NCBI GenBank assembly: GCA_028023455.1
Contig: JAQFVV010000005.1
Span: forward strand, 21,886,001-21,950,000
DNA length: 64,000 bases
Origin: Epiperipatus broadwayi
Taxonomy: Eukaryota > Animalia > Onychophora
Direction: 5' to 3'
The position numbers and the translations under genes were made by a program. The notes beneath the pieces were generated by a model. It had not been told where the DNA came from. It did not search any database and worked only from the letters and a program-made list of their open reading frames with translations. Positions 27,415 through 38,682 of this stretch are shown here, piece by piece (the stretch's first letter is position 1; the number at the start of each line of letters is the position of its first letter).

Positions 27415-28228
27415 AATACATTGTATAGGCTTAAACCTGCATTTATATATGTAATATATGCGGGATTCAAACTCAGACTTTCATACGACCCACTACTCTC
27501 AGTGCCATCTCATATTGCTGACCTACCTGATCACACACATGTTGAAAAGATAAATAATCACCAATATACATATTTCATGTTAAACCAGCATTCATCAGTT
27601 GGTCCAGATTACCATCTCCACACATATATACAATCAGTGCTCAGCTTTATATTAAGATAGCCGATACTCATACTTTAATGGACAGGCTTCAAACTACTCC
27701 AACCCACAACTCTTCAGCCTTCCATTTTCATTAAAAATCTGATGATGGAACGATCAAAGCCCATGTTAGTGCCAAGGTTGTCATCCTACCCATGTTAATG
27801 TATTAGTCATTCTGACCCCTCATGTACAGGAGAATAATCCATTTATATGTACCTATGCAAGGGATGGGCGTACCTTTTACACACTTTATATAAATTAATA
27901 CATTATACATGCTTAAATCTGCATTTATATATGTAATGTATATGGGATTCGAACTCAGACTTTCACACGACCCACTATCCTCAAAATGACTTTTATAAAG
28001 CTGAGTACTGATTGTATATATGTGTGGAGATTGTAATCTGGACCAACTGATGAGTGCTGGTTTATCACAAAATACGTTATTAGTGATTATTTATCTTTTC
28101 AATGTGTGTGATCAGGTGGGTCAGCAATATAAGATGGCACTGAGAGTTGTGGGTCGTGTGAAAGTCTGAGTTCGAATCCCGCATATATTACATATATAAA
28201 TGCAGGTGTTAAGCCTGTACAATATATT
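27415..28228. mobile_element. Family A palindromic composite
   Basis: Left arm 27415-27982 is one unit of about 482 bp plus a partial second unit. Inverted right arm 27995-28228. aaaatgactttt occurs at 27403-27414, 27983-27994 and 28229-28240. Confidence 0.9.
27560..27603 (-). ncRNA. Minimal type-I hammerhead ribozyme (family A) with intact core
   Basis: ACCAA-CUGAUGA-AUGCU-GGUUU-AACAU-GAAA-UAUGUA-UA-UUGGU: 5-bp helix I, helix II with one mismatch, self-complementary helix III segment. Confidence 0.8.
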
Positions 28229-28804
28229 AAAATGACTTTTGGAAAGATTGATCTTATATTCTTATAGGAAGCTCATTTGAAATGTATTAATTCAGAAATA
28301 TTATTACAAAATATAAATGGAGAGAATATCAGTTGGGGAAAGGGGGGGAGAATATTTCATCTACCTCAAAATTCCATGTATGATGAATATATCTCACGAG
28401 ACGTGCTGTTCAAAAAATTCTACATGCCCGACCAGTCATGATATTTGCAGGTGTCAACTTTAATTAGTCACACCTGGAAATTGTCAAAGTTTGTCATTTC
28501 TAGTCTTTCTGTCCTAACATGTCAGCAATCTGAAGACATATTAAAAGTTACTGAATATTAATCAAGTTAGACATACTTGCAGTCACATTCAAGCATTTTG
28601 AAACTCGATGCTATCAAGAAGCTGCAAGTAGTGAAATGATTGAAGCTGGAGAAATTTTGTAAGTACCAGATTACGACAAAAGAAACTAACATTTAGTTGA
28701 TAATTGCTTTTTGTTATGGTGCCTTGTTAAAAAATTAATATGATTTTGCTTGAAATTTATATAAGCTACAATGATTCTGTAAAAATTAAATGATGCTATT
28801 CAAC

Positions 28805-28878
28805 CTTAGCATCATTAAATGACATCATTAAATGATGTCATCATTTAATGATTAATTCATCATTCAATGATGCTAAGT
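28805..28878. repeat. Short array of quasi-palindromic catcatt(a/t/c)aatga units forming a hairpin
   Basis: Four units bracketed by cttagcatcatt and aatgatgctaag. Confidence 0.7.
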
Positions 28879-28910
28879 AGTCTCAGAAATCATCAGTGAC
28901 ATTCTTTTTT

Positions 28911-29175
28911 GCCACATAGTGTAAGCTTTAATAATCAAGAAATACCAGATGATAATGCTTATTAAATCCCTACCCACTGTTGTCCTATCCAGTATTCCCA
29001 GACTAATTTTTAGCTTATTGCTTTCATCAGTAAGGAGCTATTGGGTTTGAGAGTAGCACACCTGATTCTTTTGCCTCTAATGCACCTTTTCTCTAACAAT
29101 CATCTTTTATTACTTTATTTTATCAACAAGTTACTAACTCAAATAAAAAGCTATGTTAATGTTTTCAATTCAAGT
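28911..29175 (-). mobile_element. Family B short repeat with degenerate hammerhead (28997-29035)
   Basis: Aligns by eye with 33790-34030. Minus strand reads CCUUA-CUGAUGA-AAGC-AAUAA-GCUA-AAAA-UUAG-UC-UGGGA, with G12 changed to A. Confidence 0.75.
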
Positions 29176-29464
29176 TACTTTGCCTTCGTAGTTACATAGA
29201 TATGAAATGAGTTCATTATCCATATATTATGATAATCTTAATTTTTCAATAACTATATTCACTTATTTCTTGATCAAAATTGATATATAATAAAGCATTA
29301 CATGATTCCTGCTTATATGTTGCTGGTTTAGCAGCAAATTTTTTCACACTTCATTTTGACACCTAGTGTAAGATTTAATAATCAATAGATGCTAAATAGT
29401 AGTATTTATCAAATCCATGTCCAATCACATGATCACCATTTCTTATGCTTGCTTATAACTGTTA

Positions 29465-29565
29465 TTAAAACAGGCAAAACTCTCTATACATATTGCCACT
29501 CAGTCCACTGATTACTCTGACTTGCACGGAGTGGCAATATGTATTCAGAGTTTCGCCTGTTTTAA
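29465..29565. repeat. Hairpin with 37-bp arms and a 27-nt loop
   Basis: Arm 29465-29501 and arm 29529-29565 are reverse complements with about 3 mismatches. Confidence 0.88.
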
Positions 29566-30341
29566 TTCTATATCCAATGTCCCATTCAATAAAGAATCTG
29601 CTTAACAGCATAATGTAAGCAAGATCATGTGATGACTTATTGGTTATATACAAATCCTGACCAAGAAATAAAGATTAATATGGTTTATTAAAAAAAACTA
29701 AGATCATCATAATATATGCATTGTGAACTGGTTTCAGATTTATATAACTATAAAGGCAAAGTGGCTTGGATTAAAAATATTGACATATTTTTCAATTTGA
29801 GCTAATAGTTTAATAGTAAAATAAAGAAATAAAAGATGTCTTCTAGAGAAAAGGTACACTGGATCCAAAACATCCAGATGCATTGCTTCCAGATCCAAAA
29901 TCTCCTCACTGATAAAAGCCATAAGCTTGAAGTTAGCCTGAGGATCCTAGGACCCCACATTCCAGAGTTTAAAATTCTACCACTGTGCTAAACAATACTG
30001 GGTAGGAATTTAATAAGCACTACCATCTGACATCTATATACTAAGAAGCAAAAATATGTTGAGAAAAAAAGAATTAATTGCTAAATATTATGATACAAGC
30101 AGGGTCATGTGATAATTCTGGATAATAACTTTTAATGCTTGTGTTATTCCTAAAATTGTCATTGGCTAAGGAAAACTTCCTAAAATTATTGAGTATACGT
30201 TATATAATGTCAGGTGATCTTTACCCTTTAAAAAAAAACTATCTTTATACATCAATACTGCTCCAGGGTGTTCTTTAAAATGTTTGTGATTTTAGAGTTT
30301 AAAAAATCTGGAAGCTGATTACATTTAAAAATCTAATTTAT

Positions 30342-30500
30342 TTACAATCTCTCAAATGTGAGTTTTGGAAATACGTCCCCACACATACAGTTTATTATTG
30401 TGCTGGCCATTTTATCTCCTCTAGTTTCTCCTATATTTAAAATTGTAATAGGCTTCTTCTGCTGGTAGGCTCGATTCACAAAACGATAACTTGAATAAAC
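30342..30500 (-). CDS. SIRT4: Sirtuin 4, terminal coding exon (too short for the ORF track)
   Basis: tttttgtttag acceptor, phase 0. Manual translation VYSSYRFVNRAYQQKKPITILNIGETRGDKMASTIINCMCGDVFPKLTFERL then TAA continues GSSLQ|VYS and contains the sirtuin NIG motif. Spliced total 153+98+52 = 303 aa. Confidence 0.94.
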   Translation of the reverse strand, partial: VYSSYRFVNRAYQQKKPITILNIGETRGDKMASTIINCMCGDVFPKLTFERL

Positions 30501-31769
30501 CTAAACAAAAACATTTTTTTTTTCTTTTAAATCATAAAATAATGCAATTTATTAAAACTTAATATATATATATTTCGGGTTTTTTTTTACGAAGTTTTAA
30601 AATATCTATTGAATATTTGTCATTGTTCGTTTCTTTAAAAAATTTGACAAAAGTCAGGTATTTCTTGCATCATATGCTGAGCAATAAAAAATGGGATAGT
30701 CATAAATAATAATGAAATGAATTGTTGCTCAGGAGGTCATATGATGTGTGAGCATGAATGTGACAGAATTGAGCTGTAATTCACAGATCTTTAACTCAAA
30801 TCTGTTACCCTATAAAAAATGTTAAGAGCAAATGGAAGATACTTGGAAGATTAGACTTTACAAGTGTGAAAAGGATTGCTAAAATATTTTTTTATGGGAG
30901 AAAAGGATAACAAACTTGCTGATTAAAGGAATTATATATGATACAAGACTTTGGTTGTATTTTGAAGAACCTGCACAAAAACAAATATGTCAATAGTATA
31001 TTAGGCATCAAAGATTAATTAAAAAGTAGTATAGCATAAATATTTTTTAAAAAAAAAATTTTTTTTTTTAAATGCTTTTATTCACATAAATGCTATAGAG
31101 TCAAAAAAAAGCATTAAAAAATAGAATTTTTTTTTCAGTTTTCATAAATTCTGGAGCAATTACGATCATGTTTAGAAGGTGTAATAATGCCAGTCTATTT
31201 ATCATATCACTTCCAACCAATGCCACTTGGCAATGATCCAAGAAAATGGACATTAATCACATGATCTGACAAACAGATTGGCAGTGATATAATTTCTAAA
31301 CGTAATGGCCCCACATTTTTACATCTGAAAACTGGGGGGGGGGGGTTCACTTTTTTAATGCATTTATGTGAACAAAAGCATTTCTTTAAAAAGAAATTAA
31401 TATTTTTTTTATTTTCTACATTTTAGTTTTTATAGTATGAGAAATTATGAAAAAATTGTTAGATACAATTTAATAGCTCTGGGTGGTAATACCATGAAGA
31501 AAATTCAATCTTATATAAAATTTAAACTTTTCACTATTTTTTTGCTGAAATTGTAATAGTATGGTGTGAAAACAGAATCAATATTGAAAAGCTAAAGATA
31601 TATGTTAATAGTACAAGAAATGGGTAAAACAAAAGTAAATCAAGAAATTTGTTAAAAGACGGAGAAAATATAAGTACTGGTATATTAGGTAATCTATGCT
31701 CACCTTTTCATTTTTCTACTTTTAGTCACTAAAACTATATTGAGAAACCTAATCAATAAATTAAAGAAG

Positions 31770-32201
31770 TACTTTTGACTTAGGCCCCATGTGGCTGCAG
31801 GAGGTGTTGTTTCCGTATCAACCACAGAAATATTCAGAGTAGGGGCCAAAAGCAGTGGGTCAAGTTCCGGCCGCTAGATGGCGCTGTTCACCATGCACAG
31901 GAACCTTATGCCAAGTAGCTGTTTTTCCGTGTGTAGCATGGAGAAACAGTGTCATGTAGTGGGCTAGATTGCTGGTAGCAGACGATGTAAGCTAGATGTC
32001 TTTACCTATGGCTATCAGTGCCACCAAGCAGGCAGTAGTGCTGGAAGCTACTTGGCATAAGGTTCCTGTGTGTATGCATTGTGAACAGCGCCACCTAGCG
32101 GCTGGAACTTGCATCTCTGCTTTTGGCCCCTACTCTGAATATTTCTGTGGCTGACATGGAAACAGCGCCTCTTGCAGCCACATGGGCATAAGTCAAAAGT
32201 A
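31770..32201. mobile_element. MITE-like element with about 150-bp terminal inverted repeats
   Basis: tacttttgactta...gccaagtagct (31770-31921) and its reverse complement (32047-32201). TA at both ends. Confidence 0.9.
31871..31886 (+). promoter_or_regulatory. CTCF-consensus motif in the MITE arm (mirror copy 32086-32101; further copy 43392-43407)
   Basis: CCGCTAGATGGCGCTG and CCGCTAGGTGGCGCTG match the CTCF core CC(A/G)(C/G)(C/T)AG(A/G)(T/G)GGC(A/G)(C/G). Binding is not shown. Confidence 0.6.
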
Positions 32202-33556
32202 GCATTAAATATTAAGCATACTTTAGGCCTATTTAAATATGTAAATAGTGTAACAGATTTTTATAAACTAATTTAAAAATAAATATATAAATAGTGAAAC
32301 ATAGATTTGTACTTCTACAATATTTATCTGTATTTAAATAAAATATTTTTTTAGTTTCAAAATAATTTTACAATAAATATATTTGTTTTTGTACAATAAT
32401 AAAATATTCTTAGTTGAAAAATTGAACATTTACTTATATTTCATAATTGGAAAAATAAAATACTTTCCTATAATGTTAAATAATCATTCAACTGTCAACC
32501 AACAAAAGCATTATATCTATCTAGTGATTGGAATAAACACCCAGCCAAATAAACATCCATAGCTTAAAGCCAAACTCAAAATTCTGAAGAAAACGAGTCA
32601 CATTTCCTGAATTATTAGTCTCATCTGGTCATACACTGGGAAGTGTCTCTGCATAACAACTGTGAACCAGACTTTTTTCTAGCTTTTCTTTAGTACATTC
32701 ATTCTGTTTATTGCCAATAATCAAAATAAAAAAATTTCATTTTATCCTTTTTATTTTTTCTTATTAATCCAGTTCATTTTTTAATGTTTTATTACAGTAA
32801 GTACAGATTAAATAACACAATTTCTTTTATGAAAAGTTACGATTGACGTCTCCTTTAATATTGCTGTCATTTTTTACTTACAATAATCAAATTTTAATAA
32901 GATCTTAATTTATCTATTAGTTTTATCAATATGGCTTCAGTAGCTCCACATAGTGGTTAAGAGCAGAAACTTAAACAAAAAAAGAGCATACAACACTTTT
33001 ATATCGGTATAAAAATATTTATTTTGAAAATGAGATACAAAATATAAAAAATAAAAAAAAATTAAGATTTAATAGAATTTTGTTTAGTATGGATGAAAAT
33101 AAAAAAAATTGAGATTAAAAATGGGTGCAAAAATAAAGAGAATTTGTGAGGAATGAGAGAAAAAAAAAATTAGGAACATGTATTCCAAGCAGTTCTAAAT
33201 TTTAGTGCCTAATAAGATTGATTGTTTATATTAGTATACTGTATTCAAAATAACAATACTTATAGAGGGTGCATCAAAACACAATTTTGATTAGTAAAAA
33301 TAAGTGTTTATTTAATTGGATTATATGGAAAAACATTCTGGGAAAGAAAGGTTTTACAACATGCAAAATTAATAGATAGACAATTAAGATGGTTAGAGAA
33401 AAATAATTAGAATTGTGAAAAATTAATATGAAGAAAAAAATTAATTTGAATTATATAAAAATTAAAATTACTGTAGATCAAATATGAAAGTAGATATGAT
33501 AACACTAATAAAAATTTATTCTTACATGTTGCAAGTTTAGGAATTTTAGTTATGAG

Positions 33557-35685
33557 CAATATGTGATGTGATATATTGTGGATTCTCCTTAAACAAAATC
33601 AAGAATATCAGCAATTATGCCCAGATAAATCTGCTAGCCACTTTATTTTCTATTCCCCACTCTAAATTTTTTTCATATTCTGCTCCCTTCCATTTCCACA
33701 ACATAATCTTTGTCAACTCTATAATGTTTATATCTAAATCCCCCTTATCTTTTCCCAAACCCAGCATAACCAATAATTCTCCATACAGTAATGCCACCTA
33801 GTTCAAGCCTTAGTAATCAATGGATGCAGAAAGGTTTGTGCATAAAATCCCATCTAATGCCTATGCATCCAATATCCCCAGACTAATTTCCAGCTTGTGG
33901 CTTTCATCAATGAGGTGTTTTGGATCTGAGAGCACTGCACCTAGATCTAAGGATCCAATGCAACATCCACCTTTTACCTATTTAGTTAACTATTAAGTTA
34001 GAAACTCAAAGTGAAAACCTATTAATGTTTTCACTCCAAGTTTCACTCCAAGCTCATTTGCCTGGATAGTCATATAAATCTGAACCCACTTCAGCATCTA
34101 TATATTTTGGTGTCCTTGGTTTATCAAAAACCACAGTGATCATCATCCCATAGGCAGTAAAACAATGTGTTTTCATTTTGAGGTCCTAATTTTATAAAGT
34201 TAACTAAATGGGTAAAAGAAGGCTGTTGGAGGGTTGCATTAGATCCTTAGATCTAGGCACATTGTTCTCAGCTCCTCACGAATGAAAGCCAGAAACTAGA
34301 CTGAAAATACTGGATGAGTAGGCACTAGATGGGGTTTTTATGCACAAATCTTCCTGCATCCACTGATTACTAAGGCTTGCACTGGGTGTCAATACTGTAT
34401 GGAGAGTTTACTGATGATAAATGCTGGGGAAAGAGAAGAGAAAGAATTTTTATTGGGGATATGAAGTTAAATGTGGTAAATAGGTATAACTGTTTGGAAA
34501 TTGTTTTAAGTAATCAGAGAAATTGCTTTGATAAATGAAAGAAAAAATTAGTAAATGAAACATCGAAAAGAAAGGGACTCATAAAGAAATTAACTGTTTC
34601 CATATAATAAGTATGATGTAGCTAGAATTGTATGGAAGGGAGTGGCAGTACCAGGGTTAACTTATGGTAATGATGTGTTATGTGTTAGTAAAGGAGTATT
34701 AGATTATTTTGGAAAAAGTACAAAGAGAAGTAGGAAGACATGCATTAGATGTAGATGTGTGGAAAGCAAAGGAGGCAATTCAAGGATAAATGGGGTGGTC
34801 AAGTTTTATATGAGAGATGCAAAAGGCAAAATGAAAATGTTCAATAGATTGCAATTTATGGATAATAAGAAAATAGCCAAAATAGTTTTTAATTGAATTA
34901 TGAATAAAAGACAGGCAACAAGATGGGTGAGAAAGGTAGCATGATATGCAAAAGATTTGGATAAAGACTTTATGTTAGTATATTTATACAAAAGGTGTGA
35001 TTGTGTTAGAAGAATTGTTGAGTGTTATAGTGGCAAGGAATGGGATAGAAGAATAGATGCATTAATAAAAAATAGGGAGTTGGAGAGATGGAGAACTAGT
35101 ACGGAGAGTAAAAAAAGTTTAAATGTATAAAAGTAAACAGAATATTTGGTGCAAGTTAATTTATGATAAAAGCAAGGAAAGTAGTTTAATGTTTAAAGCT
35201 CAAACAGGATCTTTAGCAACAAGGGAATGTACACATAAATGGAGAAATATGGGTGATTTAGTCTGCTATATAAGGAAGGCATAAAAAATATTAGGCATCT
35301 GTTAATTGAATGTAAATGCCTACAAGCAGAAAGGGTGCAAATAATGAAGTTATAAGAGAATGATTATAAACAAAGTGACTATATAGAAAGTGGGTTCTTG
35401 GTTTTTATGCCGAGTTTGGGAAAAGTTATGGGGAATTTAGATATAAAGGCCATAGAGTTGACAAAGATTATGTTGTGGAAATGGGATGTAGCAAGATAAA
35501 GAAGAATATGGGAAAAACAGGGTGGGGAATGGAAATAATGGGTAAGGTGGCTAACAGGTTTCTCTGGGCATAGTGGCGGGGAGGTTTCTGATTCTGAGAA
35601 AGGAAAGCCACAATGCATCATATCACAATACAGTTAATAGCAGCTTGTGTAAGCTTAGGAAATGGTGATCATGTGATGTTTTGGT
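33557..35685. mobile_element. Composite insertion: inverted LINE tail, inverted pair of family B, then LINE 3' fragment
   Basis: LINE tail (-) 33557-33780, family B arms about 33781-34020 and 34165-34405, LINE (+) 34412-35630. Exact 15-bp direct repeat aattttagttatgag at 33542-33556 and 35686-35700. Confidence 0.85.
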
Positions 35686-35861
35686 AATTTTAGTTATGAG
35701 GAGAAAAAGACAAAAATGGAATTAGCATTTGGATTATAGATGTAGTTTATGTGGAGATGATAAAGAGATTATTGGACAGTATTTTTGGACTGTAGGAGAT
35801 CAACAATTTAATTAGTAAAGAGAAGGGTAGGAAGAGATTTTATGAATCTTTGGTTAGTTCT

Positions 35862-36558
35862 TTATAAATGTGCGATTTTTCCCACATACGTTAGTTAAGC
35901 TATAATTATAATTTAAGATTTAATATACTAGCTTAGCGCTTTCAGGATTTAGTATTCAAATCCCATTCTCATAGCTTTAACATTGAAGATTCTGTTGTGA
36001 ATTGTTGTACATATATGCTAATGAGCTTGCATATTTAATTAATTAGCCCATTGTTTGGAGAGAGCAAAGCATACCTCTCTTCTATTAATAGCACTGAGGT
36101 CATTTGCTATGTAATAAGCCTTTTGACCTTTCTTTTGGCATCGCTCTTCTATGTGCAAATTATTTGGTCAGAACTGGGTTCAATATAAGTGGCCTGTAGC
36201 TTCTTGGTGAGCCCTAGAAGTTTGATGTTCCTTCATTTTTATTTTTTACTCTATTATATGCCATATCTGTGTTGGTAAATGCCAAAAGAAAGATCAGAGA
36301 GGCTTATTGCATAGCAAATGACCGCAGTGCCATTAATAGAAGAAAGGCATGCTTTGCTCTCTCCAAACAATGAACTAATTAATTAAAACTTCAAGCTCAT
36401 TTGCATACATGTACAACAATTCACAAAAGAATCTTCATTCTTAAAGCTATGAGAATGGGATTTGAATACTAAATCCTGAAAGGACTAAGCTAGTATATTA
36501 AATCTTAAATTATAATTATAGCTTAACTAACATATGTGGAAAAATCACACATTTATAA
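35862..36558. repeat. Long inverted repeat (about 280-bp arms, about 140-bp spacer) with a hammerhead-like motif
   Basis: Arms about 35862-36140 and 36280-36558 are reverse complements at high identity. No TSD found. Confidence 0.92.
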
Positions 36559-38560
36559 TTACAATTTTTATTGGTGAAGAGAAAAGACAATTTAGTTCTT
36601 TATAATGAAATTGAAAATTATAAGGACAAGTATAAGGGAACCATTAAAATAGCTTTTATAAAAATGGATAAAATAAATGAATTAGGATTAGAATAATGAT
36701 TTGCAGGAGAGAATGTTTAACTTGCTAAACAAGTTTCTGTGCATATAGCCCTACGCATAAAAACTTTTATTTTTGGTTAAGGAGAAGACATTTTACATCC
36801 CATTTACAGGGAAGTTACTAAAAATAAATTTAAATGGATTGGAACAAATCAATACAGAAATTTAAAACAAATTCACAAAACTGGATTAATATGACAACTA
36901 AAAATAAAATAATCAGATGGAAATGTACACCGAAAAATTATTTATGGAATCAAACCTTTCCTATAAAATGGAAAAATTATGGTTCATTCAATTCAGACTA
37001 CATACATATTCAGTCAAAGAGCTGGCTAGGGGTCAATATCCAAACTGATGCAGACAATATGGTGGACAAAAATCATAAATTCTAGAACTAATAAAATAAA
37101 TTTTAGACTCCTCTTGATTATAATAACTAGATCTATTTCAATGAAGTTGACTAATAAATTTATTTGGATTAGTATTATAATTTAATTGAACGTTTTCACA
37201 CACTATCAATCCAATGCAAAATAACTTTCAAGTTTAATCCAATTTCACTTATTCACTTATCTATAACCTCTTCATAGAACTTTAGTAAACATCCTTATCT
37301 CATATATATTCATTTACCACATTAATAGTCATATAGTCGTAACAACTAAATAAAAAAATTTATGGATATTAGGAAATTTTCTCTGTTCACTTCAAGAAAT
37401 TAAAGGATCTTCATTCAGATAACAGCAAAATCTATTGTGCAATGACTTAAATCAGTACATATATGAAAAAGAAAAATAATTTAATAGTCATAGTAATGAA
37501 TTGCCAGAATAAAGCATACAATAGATTTAATATTAAATCATATATATATAATACAATTAATATATATATTGTAGCCTTTCTATTTTGCTATAATTATTAT
37601 ATGGTTGTAAATAATGGTAAATTTTAATAGAAATTTTAAATTTTATATAATAACTAGCAGCAACCTATTAGTTTAGTTATCGAAGAGTTAAAATATACTG
37701 TTTCCTTAATGTTAAATTTAAGGTAATTTTATTTAAATCAATATAATTTATTTAAGTTATGAGTTTGGAAATGAAATTGTTATTTATTTTAAAATAAAGC
37801 GATTAATAATTAAAATCAAAAGTTAATATTTTGTAATTATTAGCAATCAAATTATAAAAAATATTATTTATTTGTTTTATATCAATTAATAATGATAAAA
37901 TAAATGAAAAATGAGGTGTGTGCTAATAGGTGTGCACACACACATTCATATAATATTAAATTAAATTTTACTTTCTTGTTCTTAAATTGAATTTATTACT
38001 TGTTTAAAACAAATGTTATATTGCATTTTAATTGTATCAATTTCAGAAAAAGTTTCTAAAATTAATAGTTATCATAGTAACATAAAGAATAAATTTTGTG
38101 TATCAAATTTTAAGTTGAAACAAAAAATGTTTCATTATTAAATAATAAATTTAAATGTTGCAATAATAAAATTAATAAAATACAATTTCTTAATATCAGT
38201 TATAAAATTATTTTAAAAGTCTAGACAAAGTAATTAATATTCAAATTTTTTTAAGTGTCTCAGGTATTGGAAGATTTTCTAAATATATGTTGAGCAGATG
38301 GGAGAGTGAAATTAAGAAAATTTCAGAGAAATAGAACTATTTATTTTATTTTAAAATTTAAGTATAAATTTATTATAATCCTATTTTTTGATTTTAAAAA
38401 GTGATAGTAATAACTTATAAAAAACATGGAATATAACTTTAAAAGTTTATGTACTAATTTAATTATGGAATAAGAAGCTACACTATCCTCATTAGTATAC
38501 TACAGTAGCTGACTAAAGACTTATGGTAATGGAAGGAAATAAAACATTTAAGATGATAAA

Positions 38561-38682
38561 AATGGGTACTTTTTTCTCCCACTGGACAAGCTTCCAGGTG
38601 ACACTGCAGAACCACCAAGAAGCCTGTAAGTTTCTGCAGCGTCACCTGGTGGCTTGTTCAGTGGGAGAAAAAAGTACCATTT
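38561..38682. repeat. Hairpin with 51-bp arms and a 20-nt loop
   Basis: 38561-38611 versus 38632-38682, reverse complementary with a few mismatches. Confidence 0.88.

Noticed and set aside
21350-28228. CRISPR array or endogenous viral element explanation for the recurring repeats
   Set aside because: No regularly spaced short repeats with unique spacers and no viral or cas ORFs. The context is intron-containing eukaryotic DNA.
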